64,000 nucleotides of DNA from an uncultured delta proteobacterium (GTDB taxonomy: Bacteria; Desulfobacterota; Syntrophia; Syntrophales; UBA5619): assembly GCA_963817385.1 (NCBI GenBank), contig CAWFOM010000005.1, forward strand, positions 224,001 through 288,000. Direction: 5' to 3'. This document shows positions 19,904 through 29,653 of the stretch, piece after piece. The notes beneath the pieces are model-generated. The model did no database searches. It was not told the origin of the DNA and saw nothing but the letters and a program-made list of their open reading frames with translations. Each line of letters opens with the position of its first letter. Within the stretch, counting starts at the first letter, position 1. Made by a program: the position numbers and the translations under genes.

Positions 19904-21186
19904 ATGACGATGAATATCTTCCAGATATATCCCGCGCCAGCCGATCCAGCGATCACCGGGATCATCTCCCACTTGAAGCGTTGCATGCCGATGAAGGCGA
20001 TCACGGCCGCCGCGAGGGCATACCAGTCAAATCCACCGGTGTCGGGTATGAGGGTATGATAGGTGAAGAGTACCGCGAGGTTTAACACGACCCCGACCAC
20101 CGCCGCAGTGATGGCCTTAAGGGCGGAACCCAGCTTCACATTTTTTCTGAGAGTCTCAATAAAGGGCGCAAGCAGGAAGATCATCATGAACGATGGGATG
20201 AAGGTGACCCAGGTAGCAAGCAGGCCGCCGATGGCGCCGCCAAGGGCAGGAGGCAGTCCCTGTGCATGATGGTACCCCGCAAGGTAGCCCACGAACTGAT
20301 TGACCATGATGAGCGGCCCGGGTGTGCTTTCGGCAAGACCGAGACCGTCCATCATCTGCTCGGGCATGATCCAGTGGTAATGGCTCACGGCCTGCTGACC
20401 GATATACCCCAGGACGGCGTACGCGCCGCCGAACGTGACTATCGCGGCCTTGCTGAACAGGATGCCGATGTCGATGAAGGTGTCGTTCCAGCCCCGCCAA
20501 AGTCCGATGATGATAAGGGGCAATATCCACAGAATGAGAAATACCGCGAGGACCTTGAAAAAACGTCCCCACGTGCGACGTGCGTCGACGCCGCTGTTCG
20601 GTGGGTCCGTTGGGGCTGGGGGTGTCGGCGGGGCATCACTGTTCGTCAGAGCGGTACCGAAAAAATAGCCGATCAGGCCGGCGGATAATATAATGACCGG
20701 GAACGGCACGTTGAAAAAGTATATCCCGATGAATGCCGCGGCTGCAAGGGCAAACAGGTATCGAGTCTTCAGCGTTTTTTGACCGATACGAAGCACCGCC
20801 TCAAGCACGATGGCCACCACGGCGGGTTTCAGCCCGTAGAAGACGGCAGTGACCATCGGCACCGCGCCGAGCGATGCATACAGCCAGGCGAGCCCCCAAA
20901 GGATGAAAATGGACGGCAGCACGAACAGACCGCCTGCCAGGATCCCGCCCCATTTTCCGTTCAGATGCCAGCCGATGTAGGTGGCGAGCTGCTGCGCCTC
21001 GGGACCGGGAAGGAGCATGCAGAAGTTAAGCGCCTGGAGGAAGTGATCCTCGGCGATCCATTTCTTTTTTTCGACCAGTTCTCTGTGCATCATCGCGATC
21101 TGGCCGGTGGGGCCGCCGAAGTTGATGAACCCGAGCTTCAGCCAGTATCGTATAGCTTCAGAAAAAGGTATGCCGCTTTGTACCAT
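19900..21186 (-). CDS. chrA: Chromate ion transporter (long-chain CHR family)
   Basis: FGGP, LLPGPEAQQ, FGGAYAV and ESTPGP duplicated motifs. Confidence 0.9.
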   Translation of the reverse strand: MVQSGIPFSEAIRYWLKLGFINFGGPTGQIAMMHRELVEKKKWIAEDHFLQALNFCMLLPGPEAQQLATYIGWHLNGKWGGILAGGLFVLPSIFILWGLAWLYASLGAVPMVTAVFYGLKPAVVAIVLEAVLRIGQKTLKTRYLFALAAAAFIGIYFFNVPFPVIILSAGLIGYFFGTALTNSDAPPTPPAPTDPPNSGVDARRTWGRFFKVLAVFLILWILPLIIIGLWRGWNDTFIDIGILFSKAAIVTFGGAYAVLGYIGQQAVSHYHWIMPEQMMDGLGLAESTPGPLIMVNQFVGYLAGYHHAQGLPPALGGAIGGLLATWVTFIPSFMMIFLLAPFIETLRKNVKLGSALKAITAAVVGVVLNLAVLFTYHTLIPDTGGFDWYALAAAVIAFIGMQRFKWEMIPVIAGSAGAGYIWKIFIVI

Positions 21187-21496
21187 TATTGAATCTCTTC
21201 CGTTATTATGTTTTTGACTGATGCCGCATCTCGAATATAGCCATCCCTTTCTCCGGAAACATTTGATAAAAATCTGCTTTTGTGACGTGGAAGTATACGA
21301 TGGGCGGCCTTGTGAATCAATGAAAGAAAGAATGGCGATTACTATTTGAAATATTAGCCGGAAAGGAGATTTCTCCTGGCTGTTCGGCGCCGTGCTCTCA
21401 GCATCTTCGTCAAGATTGACGATTTGTGACCTACAGTCAATTAAGGATAGTCATCTGAAATCGAAACCTCGGCAATCATTATGATGCGATTCGATG

Positions 21497-21540
21497 AAAA
21501 AAGGGGGGCGGCGGAGAGACCCGGAGGTCGTCCCGCCGCC
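21497..21540 (-). terminator. Intrinsic terminator after tctA1
   Basis: GGCGGCGG...CCGCCGCC stem followed by a T-run on the minus strand. Confidence 0.65.
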
Positions 21541-21549
21541 TTGGTAGGA

Positions 21550-23073
21550 TTACAGCGATTCCACGTTGAGGGTGACCTTCCCGTATCCGAGCTTCTTCAT
21601 CACCGCGCGAAACACCGGCGTCAGATAGGCCAGGATGGCCGCCCCCATAAAGAGCAGCGAGATGGGACGGACAAAGAAGATGCTGAAATCACCCCCCGAC
21701 AGCATCAGGGATTGGCGGAGCGAGTTTTCCGCCAGCCGCCCCAGGACCAATGCCAGGACCAAAGGCACGATCGGATACTTGAGCTTATTCATGATATAGC
21801 CCAGGATGCCGAAGCCGAGCATCATCCAGACGTCGAAGACGTTGTTGTTGGTCGTGAAGGCCCCGACCGTGGCGAAGATGACGATGAAGCACATGAGGAT
21901 CGTATAGGGCACCCGCAAAAGCGAGACGAAGACCGGGATGAGGAAGATGTTCATCAGGACCAGGAGGAGATTCCCGATGAACTTGCTCGATATGAGGCCC
22001 CAGACCAGATCGGCGTTGTTCTGGAAGAGGAGCGGACCGGGCCTGATCCCCCACATCATGAAGCCGGCCAGCATGACCGCCGTCGTCGGGGAGCCGGGGA
22101 CACCCAGGGCGAGGAGCGGAGCAAAGCCGCTGATCGAGGCGGCGTTGTTCGCCGCTTCGGGCGAGGCGATCCCCTCGATGATGCCGGTGCCGAACTTCTC
22201 CGGATGCCTGGAGACCCGCTTCTCGGCGAGGTAGGCGAGAAACGAGGCGGTCGTGATCCCCCCGGCGGGGATGAGCCCGATGAAGAACCCGATGACCCCG
22301 CCCCGGAAGATCGCCCAGCGCGACGCGATCCAGTCATCCCAGGTGAGGAACATATCCTTCAGCTTTATCTTCTGCTTGAGCAGTCCCCGCTCCTCCCCCT
22401 GTTCCAGGCTGTTGAACACCTCGGCCAGGCCGAAGATGCCGCAGATGATGACGATAAAGTCGATTCCTCCCATCAGTTGAGGGGTGCCGAAGGCGTAACG
22501 GGGGACGCCGCTCATAATATCGAGCCCGATGACCGAGATGAAAAGCCCCACCAGGGTGGAGATGATGATCTTCATGGGATCGCCCCCGCCGAAGACGGTG
22601 AGCATCCCGAATGCCATCATCGCCAGGCCGAAGTATTCGGGCGGTCCGAAACGGAGCGCGAACTTGGCCAGGGCCGGGGCGAACGACATCAAGAGGACCA
22701 CGGAGAGCGTTCCGGCGATCCAGGAGCCGATCGCCGCCACGGAGAGGGCCGCCCCCGCGCGTCCTTTCATGGCCATCTGATACCCGTCGAGGCAGGTCAT
22801 CACCGACGAGGATTCCCCGGGGACGTTGATAAGAACCGACGTGATCGTGCCGCCGTAGGCCACGCCGTAGTAGATCCCGGCAAACAGGATGATCGCCGAG
22901 GTGGGGTTGACCGAGAAGGTCAGGGGGAGCAAGAGGGCGACCGCGGTGGGCGCCCCGATCCCCGGCAGGACCCCGACGAGCTGACCCACGATACATCCGG
23001 CAAGGCAGTACAAGAGATTTTCCCACGTCAGGGAGATGGAAAAACCCATCATCAAATTGTTCCAGAGTTCCAT
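21550..23073 (-). CDS. tctA: Tripartite tricarboxylate transporter permease TctA (copy 1)
   Basis: GVLPGIG, YGGTITSVLINVPG, PEAANNA, LGVPGS and PGP motifs. Confidence 0.93.
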   Translation of the reverse strand: MELWNNLMMGFSISLTWENLLYCLAGCIVGQLVGVLPGIGAPTAVALLLPLTFSVNPTSAIILFAGIYYGVAYGGTITSVLINVPGESSSVMTCLDGYQMAMKGRAGAALSVAAIGSWIAGTLSVVLLMSFAPALAKFALRFGPPEYFGLAMMAFGMLTVFGGGDPMKIIISTLVGLFISVIGLDIMSGVPRYAFGTPQLMGGIDFIVIICGIFGLAEVFNSLEQGEERGLLKQKIKLKDMFLTWDDWIASRWAIFRGGVIGFFIGLIPAGGITTASFLAYLAEKRVSRHPEKFGTGIIEGIASPEAANNAASISGFAPLLALGVPGSPTTAVMLAGFMMWGIRPGPLLFQNNADLVWGLISSKFIGNLLLVLMNIFLIPVFVSLLRVPYTILMCFIVIFATVGAFTTNNNVFDVWMMLGFGILGYIMNKLKYPIVPLVLALVLGRLAENSLRQSLMLSGGDFSIFFVRPISLLFMGAAILAYLTPVFRAVMKKLGYGKVTLNVESL

Positions 23074-23087
23074 ACGCTAAACCCTTT

Positions 23088-23540
23088 CTACCACCCGATC
23101 ATGCCCATGGGCAGCGGGATATCCAGCCACTGGGCAAAGACGATATGAATGAAGATGGCCGATATCACCGCCGTTACGCCGCACGTCATTATCTTATGCT
23201 TCCCGATGATCCGCATGGCCGCGGCCGTGCAAAGAGCAAGCCCGACCGAGAATCCTACAAACGGGAACAGGAGAAAGGTGATGACAATCAGGGCCAGCAT
23301 CTGGAATCCCAGTTTGGACCGTGGAGAAAGAAAAGCCCCCATATCGGCGCCGCCTTTCTTCCGGAAAACTTTGAGCACTTCGAAAACGCCGCCGACCAAA
23401 ACACCGATGCCGATCCAGAAGGGGAGGAATCCGGCACCCGGGCCCAAATCCGTGTAATAATGGAGCGGGAGGGAAAAAACGACGATGAAGAGACCGAGCA
23501 GCAAAACTGCCCCTGCCCCGATTAACTCAGCGCGCCACAT
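23088..23540 (-). CDS. tctB: Tripartite tricarboxylate transporter TctB (copy 1)
   Basis: GPGAGFLP motif, four TM segments, C-terminal F..WLDIPLP. Confidence 0.88.
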   Translation of the reverse strand: MWRAELIGAGAVLLLGLFIVVFSLPLHYYTDLGPGAGFLPFWIGIGVLVGGVFEVLKVFRKKGGADMGAFLSPRSKLGFQMLALIVITFLLFPFVGFSVGLALCTAAAMRIIGKHKIMTCGVTAVISAIFIHIVFAQWLDIPLPMGMIGW

Positions 23541-23783
23541 GCATTATTCTCCTTCACATTCCGATCGTCACCTACTCCCCGGACAGGACTTTCGGGGGAG
23601 GTATGTCAGGTAAATACGATTTCCGGTACTTCGCCGATATGCCCCCGGCTAAACTCCGTCCCGTCAGAGAAACACGCCGGGGGTAACGCGATCGATCGGT
23701 CGCCACGGCAGGTAGTCCAGGCGATCATAAGCCGAACACACCTGCCGCGGCGCCATGTTTGATGTCATTGTACAACCAGAGGC

Positions 23784-24770
23784 CTATTTCAGGATCTCCA
23801 GTTCCCGCAGGATGTCCCCAAAGAGCTTTTCATTCTTCACGACGAACTGCGAAAACTCCTTGCTCCCCAGGAAGTAAGGGCTGAGCATATACTGCTTCAG
23901 GTACTTTTCCTTCCACATTGTCGTCTCGGTCATCTTCTTCATGAGAGTCTCATAATAGGCGGCCGCTTCCGGAGAGATCTTCGGGGGGGCGGCGATCCCG
24001 CGGAAGAAGAAAAAGATGACGTCATACCCTTTCTCCTTGAAGGTGGGAACATCCTTCAACAGGGTAAGACGGCTCTCCTTCGCCACGGCAAGGGGCCGGA
24101 CCATCTTGGCGTCGTACTGCGGGACGAATTCGCTCGGATTGGCCCAGATCATGTTGACATGACCGCCCAAGAGCGCCGTGATGCACTCCCCGCCGCTGTT
24201 GAAGGGGATGTAGCGCAGCTTGATGCCCGCCGCCTTCTCGAAGAGGCGGTTGCACATCTGATCTTCCTGCCCCGTGCCCGTCCCCGCAATAGTCAGGGTC
24301 TGCTTTTTTGCCGCCGCGACGATGTCTTCGATCGTCTTATAGGGAGAGTCCGTCTTGACGACGATGAGCTGTTCATCCAGGGCCAGGTTGGCGATCATGG
24401 TGAGATCCTTGTAGGTCGCCGACCCCTTCCCCACCACCATCGGAGCAGTGATCTGGCCGGAGATGAAGGTCACCAACATATGGTCATTGCCGGGCTGCTG
24501 GGCGACCGACGTCTGACCGATGGTACCGCTCCCGCCGGGCTGATTGACCACCAGAAACCGTTCCGGGCAGAGCTTCTCGCTCTTGATGGCGGTGTCGATG
24601 GAGCGGGCGAAGACGTCGCTGCCGCCGCCCGGCGCAAAGGGAGCGACTATGGTGATCGGTTTGGTCGGCTTGAATTCGGCGGCCAGCACCCCGGCGCTGT
24701 ACACGAAGAACGCCAGCGTGACCAGCACGACTGCCTGCAACATCTTTCCTCTGTACGGGCTTGCTTTCAT
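23784..24770 (-). CDS. tctC: Tripartite tricarboxylate transporter binding protein TctC/Bug (copy 1)
   Basis: PFAPGGGSDVFAR, NQPGGSG, IPFNSGG and VPTFKE motifs; signal peptide. Confidence 0.92.
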   Translation of the reverse strand: MKASPYRGKMLQAVVLVTLAFFVYSAGVLAAEFKPTKPITIVAPFAPGGGSDVFARSIDTAIKSEKLCPERFLVVNQPGGSGTIGQTSVAQQPGNDHMLVTFISGQITAPMVVGKGSATYKDLTMIANLALDEQLIVVKTDSPYKTIEDIVAAAKKQTLTIAGTGTGQEDQMCNRLFEKAAGIKLRYIPFNSGGECITALLGGHVNMIWANPSEFVPQYDAKMVRPLAVAKESRLTLLKDVPTFKEKGYDVIFFFFRGIAAPPKISPEAAAYYETLMKKMTETTMWKEKYLKQYMLSPYFLGSKEFSQFVVKNEKLFGDILRELEILK

Positions 24771-24914
24771 CTCTCTTCCTCCTTTAAAGTTAATCAAAAG
24801 AATTCCTGAACACCGTAACGTTTGAATTACCCTTATCGCGCAAATATCATAAAAACCATCTTTGCGGTAAAAAATTTTACGGCTCGAACGGAATGCACCG
24901 ATGATGACATCGGG

Positions 24915-25140
24915 TGGCCGCCAGATAATCCAGCGCCGCCATCACCCCGCCTTGCTTGCGGGGGAGGCCCGCGAGGCCTTCACCTTCGCGCGCAAGAACA
25001 GATTGGATCCACGGAGAGTGTGTACAAGTCATTTCCCGGGGGGCGCCGACGAATACAAAATTCGGAAAGTGCTGGGGAAACGGATGGTGGAGCGGTACGT
25101 CCCCGGGATCGAGGCACATCTCCACTACAAAGATATCCAA
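24915..25140. pseudogene. Chimeric remnant: aminotransferase 3' end (minus strand) joined to an internal fragment of reductase paralogue 2 (plus strand)
   Basis: 24915..24975 translates GLPRKQGGVMAALDYLAA (compare 28476 gene GVPYKQGGVMAAMDYLAAR); 24972..25140 aligns at DNA level with 18342..18510. Confidence 0.8.
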
Positions 25141-25148
25141 TGCCCGAA

Positions 25149-26648
25149 CTACTTCGATAGGGCTCCGCGGAGCTTACCCCACAAAAGCGTAATCGCCGGC
25201 CAGAACAGCAGGAGGAGCCCGGCGGTCATAATCGCGCCGACAAGCCAGTTTGAAAAGAAAATACTCAATGCTCCCTGGGATCCCAATATGGCCTGGCGGA
25301 ACGAGACTTCGGTCGGGTCTCCAAGCACTATGGCCAATATCAGAGGTGCCAATGGATAATCCAGCTTTTTAAAGACATAACCGATAACGCCGAATAACAG
25401 CATGGTCCAGATGTTGAACATGGCATTGTTCACGGAGAAGGCGCCGATCGCACACACCACGACAATGACCGGGGCGATGATCGAAAAGGGGATGCGAAGG
25501 ATCGCCGCGAAGAGCGGCACGGTGGAAAGAACGATGACCAGGCCGACGACGTTCGACAGATACATGCTGGCGATCAGGCCCCAGACAAAGTCCTTTTGCT
25601 CGATGAACAAGAGCGGTCCCGGCTGCAGCCCCCAGATCATCAGGCCGCCCAGCAGCACCGCCGCAGTGGCAGAGCCGGGGATGCCCAGCGCCATCATCGG
25701 CAGGAGCGCGGCGCAGCCGGACCCGTGGGCGGCCGTCTCGGGTGCAAGCACGCCTTCCAGTTCACCGGTGCCGAATTTGTCGCCATTTTTTGAAATTTTC
25801 TTGGCAAGGCCGTAGCTCATGAAGGATGCGGCGGTTGCGCCGCCCGGTTTGAAACCCATCCAGGCACCGATGACCATGCCTAAGAGCAGCGTCAGCCAGT
25901 ACCTCGGCAACTTTTTCCATGTCTGCCACACGACCGACGGGTTAATCTTGGCGTGAACCCCTTCGAATTTAAGACCCTCTTCCATGCTGACCAGGATTTC
26001 CCCGACGCCGAACAGGCCGATCACCACGACCAGGAAATCGACGCCCCTGAGCAGCTCGGACCAGCCAAAGGTGAGGCGGAGCGTGCCGCTGACGTTATCC
26101 ATGCCGATTTGTGCCACGCCAAAGCCCAACATCAGGGAGGCGATGGTCTTGAATGGGTCCTTCCCTGTGCCGATGAAACTGGCAAAGGTAAGAAAATAGA
26201 CGGCAAAGAATTCAGGTGGGCCGAATTCCAGCGCAAAATTTGCCACCAGCGGCGCAAGAAAGGTGATCATCAAAACGGAAAAAAGGGCGCCGAAGAACGA
26301 TCCGGTGAAGGAGGCAGTGAGAGCTTCACCGGCCCTCCCCTGCTGGGCCATGGGGTAGCCGTCGAACGTGGTGGCCACCGAATGGGATTCACCGGGAATA
26401 TTGAACAGGATCGAGGTGATGGCCCCCGCAAACAAGGAGCCCCAATAGATGCACGACAGCATGACGATTGCCGAGGTGGGAGACATGGTAAACGTAAGCG
26501 GCAGCAGGATAGCAACGCCATTCGGCCCTCCCAGGCCCGGCAGCACGCCGACGAGGACTCCCAGTATAAGGCCGATCGCCATCATGCCGAGGTTATACCA
26601 GCTCAGGATAACCGAAAAACCATGGAACAGATTTAACACGTTCTCCAC
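25149..26648 (-). CDS. tctA: Tripartite tricarboxylate transporter permease TctA (copy 2)
   Basis: GVLPGLG, ITSILFNIPG, APETAAH and LGIPGS motifs; GTG start. Confidence 0.93.
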   Translation of the reverse strand: MENVLNLFHGFSVILSWYNLGMMAIGLILGVLVGVLPGLGGPNGVAILLPLTFTMSPTSAIVMLSCIYWGSLFAGAITSILFNIPGESHSVATTFDGYPMAQQGRAGEALTASFTGSFFGALFSVLMITFLAPLVANFALEFGPPEFFAVYFLTFASFIGTGKDPFKTIASLMLGFGVAQIGMDNVSGTLRLTFGWSELLRGVDFLVVVIGLFGVGEILVSMEEGLKFEGVHAKINPSVVWQTWKKLPRYWLTLLLGMVIGAWMGFKPGGATAASFMSYGLAKKISKNGDKFGTGELEGVLAPETAAHGSGCAALLPMMALGIPGSATAAVLLGGLMIWGLQPGPLLFIEQKDFVWGLIASMYLSNVVGLVIVLSTVPLFAAILRIPFSIIAPVIVVVCAIGAFSVNNAMFNIWTMLLFGVIGYVFKKLDYPLAPLILAIVLGDPTEVSFRQAILGSQGALSIFFSNWLVGAIMTAGLLLLFWPAITLLWGKLRGALSK

Positions 26649-26689
26649 TTGACAATCCTCCTATGCGGCAGTGCTTCAGTTGGAACAGT

Positions 26690-27205
26690 TCAATAGCCCA
26701 ACAGGGATTCCAGCGGCCCCTTGGGGAGCGGAACCATGAACTGAATTTCAAACATATAAAAAAGCAGTACACTGATGCCGACGCTGACCAAGATGACTTT
26801 AGGCCAACTGAACCGGGCCATCACCCGCATGAAACCGCCGATGAACAGGGCGGAGGCGACATAGATGCCGATGAATTGGGTGGCCAGTACATAGAAAACA
26901 GCAGGTATCAGCACGCAAAGCACCTGTTTGAAGCGGTCCCAGGAAACGAAGAGCTCATGATTGCGGTGTTTGCCGAAAAGCGCCCTGAGAAAAACAACCA
27001 CGCTTGAAATACTGATGATGGCCCCGGTGCGGAACGGAAAGTATCCCGCCTGAGGCCCTTCAGGGGCCCAACCCATCCCGATTCTCTGACCGTCCATCAT
27101 CATCACAACGCCGATGAGGAAGATGGCGACTGCCACGATCAGCTCCGCTGCCTGATACGTCAACCGGACTGAACGAGGTCGTTCCTGCGTTTGTTTCTGT
27201 TCCAT
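26690..27205 (-). CDS. tctB: Tripartite tricarboxylate transporter TctB (copy 2)
   Basis: GPQAGYFP motif and C-terminal FMVPLPKGPLE. Confidence 0.88.
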   Translation of the reverse strand: MEQKQTQERPRSVRLTYQAAELIVAVAIFLIGVVMMMDGQRIGMGWAPEGPQAGYFPFRTGAIISISSVVVFLRALFGKHRNHELFVSWDRFKQVLCVLIPAVFYVLATQFIGIYVASALFIGGFMRVMARFSWPKVILVSVGISVLLFYMFEIQFMVPLPKGPLESLLGY

Positions 27206-27297
27206 GCACTACCTCCCATGACGAACGGGGAAACAGCGCGCCGGTCCGGCGGTTCGAGCTCGGTACCCGAACCCGCCGGAACCGGCGTGATTCTGAA

Positions 27298-28317
27298 CTA
27301 TTTCTTGGCTGCAAACCCGGCTTCGGTCATCAGCTTCACGTGTTTTGCCATATCTTTTTTCAGGAAGTCGACAAACTCGTCTCCGGTGGCATAGTGCCTG
27401 GTGAGCGCCATGTTCTCGGTGTAGTCTTTCCACTCCGTCGTTTCGGAAACCTTTTTCAGCAGGTCGGCGTAGAACGCAACCTGTTCCTTGGTGGTTCCGG
27501 GCGGCAGGAAGAAAGCGCGCAGCATCTGGTATTGCACGTCGATTCCCTGCGACTTGCAGGTAGGGATATCGGACCATGCGATGTCGGCTACTTTTTTCTT
27601 GTAGTCCATGGGCTTGTCGGAGAAGACGCACAGGGCGCGCGCCTTGCCGGCCCGCCACTGGGCAACGTTCTCGCTGGGGTTGTTGACATTGGAATCGATG
27701 TGTTTGCCAGCCAGTTGGATTTGAGCCTCGCCTCCGCTTTTATAGGGGATGTAGGTTATTTTCTTCCCGACAACTTTTTCGAATGCAACCGAGATGATCT
27801 GGTCTTCCCGCTTCGAGCCGGTGCCGCCCATCTTGAAAGTCCCCTCCGGCGCCGCTTTTATGGCATTCACATAGTCCTTGGCTGTCTTGTACGGCGAATC
27901 TGAATGGACCCACAGGATAAAATCATCCAAGGCGATCATTGCCACCGGGTTGAAGTTTTCCCAGCCGAGCGGCAGATTCTGCGCGATCGGCAGGGTATAG
28001 ATGAGGGAGAACGCTACCAGGAGTTTGTGGGGATCAGCCTTGGACTCTTTGACATCCATGGCGCCCTCGGCGCCGCTCGCGCCGCCCTTGTTAAGGATCA
28101 TAACAGGCTGATTCATCAATTTGTACTTCAGGATGATGCCCTGGATTGTGCGCGCCATCTGGTCTGACGCACCGCCCGCACCGGCGGGAACAATGAACTC
28201 CACCGGTTTGGTGGGTTCCCAGGCGGCGGCGGGGGCTGCGGTTGCAACACTGGTCAGTGCTGCCACGACGAGCAGCAGCACTCCATACCATAATTTTCTG
28301 ATCTTTCGTTTCATCAT
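27298..28317 (-). CDS. tctC: Tripartite tricarboxylate transporter binding protein TctC (copy 2)
   Basis: PAGAGGASDQMAR and PYKSGGE motifs; real start MMKRK at 28317 with AGGAG RBS (the ORF-track N-extension is the repeat element). Confidence 0.92.
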   Translation of the reverse strand: MMKRKIRKLWYGVLLLVVAALTSVATAAPAAAWEPTKPVEFIVPAGAGGASDQMARTIQGIILKYKLMNQPVMILNKGGASGAEGAMDVKESKADPHKLLVAFSLIYTLPIAQNLPLGWENFNPVAMIALDDFILWVHSDSPYKTAKDYVNAIKAAPEGTFKMGGTGSKREDQIISVAFEKVVGKKITYIPYKSGGEAQIQLAGKHIDSNVNNPSENVAQWRAGKARALCVFSDKPMDYKKKVADIAWSDIPTCKSQGIDVQYQMLRAFFLPPGTTKEQVAFYADLLKKVSETTEWKDYTENMALTRHYATGDEFVDFLKKDMAKHVKLMTEAGFAAKK

Positions 28318-28365
28318 ATCCTCCTTATTAATTACGTGCATATTGCGGAACACCATGGTTCCGAT

Positions 28366-28479
28366 TTGAAGCTCTCCGCAGCAAGCTGCGGAGAATCTTC
28401 GATCCTTAAGAGGAACAAACCGGTTTTGCTCGCTTACCCCGCGGCAAGCCGCGGGGAATGCGCTCGCAGGCGGATTCAA
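28366..28479. mobile_element. Small double-hairpin element, copy 1 (intergenic)
   Basis: TTGAA...TTCAA bounded; hairpins CTCCGCAG-CAAG-CTGCGGAG and CCCCGCGG-CAAG-CCGCGGGG; homologous to 61028..61147. Confidence 0.8.
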
Positions 28480-29642
28480 CGGGCAGCAAGGTAATCCATC
28501 GCCGCCATCACACCACCCTGTTTATAAGGTACACCTGCGAGGGCGAAACCCATCTCGACGCCGCCGAGGGTCCCGATCAGCATCAGGTCGCTGAATGCAC
28601 CCAAATGCCCGATCCTAAAGACCCGGTCCTTCAGTTTGCCCAGGCCGCTTCCCAGGGACATGTTGAACTTGTCGAGGACCGCCGCTCGGTAGTCATCGGC
28701 GCCTTTCTCCCCCGGCATCACCACGGTCGTCAGGACCGGGCTGTACTCATCCGGATTGAGGCAGAGGTTCTCCAGCCCCCAGGCCCGGACAGCCCGGCGT
28801 GTCGCCTCGCCGTGCCGCCTGTGGCGCGTAAAGACGTTTTCGAGCCCCTCCTCCGCAAGCAGGTGGAGGGCTTCCCGGAGACCGTAGAGCATGTTGGTCG
28901 CCGGAGACGAGGGGAAGAAGCCTCCCTTGTTGGCGTTCAGCATCTCATCCCACGCCCAGTAGGACTTGGTCAGCCGCGCGCTCTTTGACGCGGCGAGCGC
29001 CTTGGCGCTGATCGCGTTGAAGCCGAGACCCGGCGGCAGCATCAGCCCCTTCTGGGAACAGCCCACCGTGACATCCACCCCCCATTCGTCGTGGCGGTAA
29101 TCGATGGAACCGAGGGAGGAGATCGTATCCACCATGAAGAGGGCCGGATGGCCGACGCGGTCGATCGCCTTGCGGATTTCGGCCACCCGGCTCGTCACGC
29201 CGGTCGAGGTCTCATTGTGCACAACCATCACGGATTTGATTGCATGACCGCGGTCCTCGGCAAGCTTCGCCTCGACCGCGGCGGGATCGACGCCGTGACG
29301 CCAGTCGCCGGGGACAAAATCAACCACCAGCCCCAGACGGAGAGCCATATTCCTCCAGAGGGTCGCAAAGTGACCCGTCTCGAACATGAGCACCTTGTCG
29401 CCGGGGGACAGGGTGTTGACCAGTCCCGCCTCCCACGCGCCGGTCCCCGATGAGGCAAAGATCACGACCGGTCCGGCCGTTTTAAAAATCTCCTTCAATC
29501 CGGCGAGCACTTCAAGACTCAGGGCCTTGAATTCCGGGCCTCGGTGATCGATCGTAGGCTTGGCCAGAGCCCGAAGCACCTGCTCGGGCACATTCGTCGG
29601 CCCGGGGATCTGCAAGAAATGACGACCGCTCGGGTATGCCAT
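28476..29642 (-). CDS. Class V aminotransferase, serine/alanine-glyoxylate aminotransferase-like
   Basis: GRHFLQIPGPTNVP, HNETSTG, DTISS, SQKGLMLPPG and FRIGHLG motifs. Confidence 0.9.
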   Translation of the reverse strand: MAYPSGRHFLQIPGPTNVPEQVLRALAKPTIDHRGPEFKALSLEVLAGLKEIFKTAGPVVIFASSGTGAWEAGLVNTLSPGDKVLMFETGHFATLWRNMALRLGLVVDFVPGDWRHGVDPAAVEAKLAEDRGHAIKSVMVVHNETSTGVTSRVAEIRKAIDRVGHPALFMVDTISSLGSIDYRHDEWGVDVTVGCSQKGLMLPPGLGFNAISAKALAASKSARLTKSYWAWDEMLNANKGGFFPSSPATNMLYGLREALHLLAEEGLENVFTRHRRHGEATRRAVRAWGLENLCLNPDEYSPVLTTVVMPGEKGADDYRAAVLDKFNMSLGSGLGKLKDRVFRIGHLGAFSDLMLIGTLGGVEMGFALAGVPYKQGGVMAAMDYLAAR

Positions 29643-29653
29643 ATCGTTCCTCC

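Noticed and set aside
19900..21186. Two chrA genes as evidence of a chromate-resistance island
   Set aside because: The copies are 40 kb apart, divergent, and have no chrB/chrC/chrF partners; CHR paralogues are common.
28318..28479. N-terminal extension of TctC2 in the ORF track
   Set aside because: It is read-through of the palindromic element; the signal peptide and RBS define the start at 28317.
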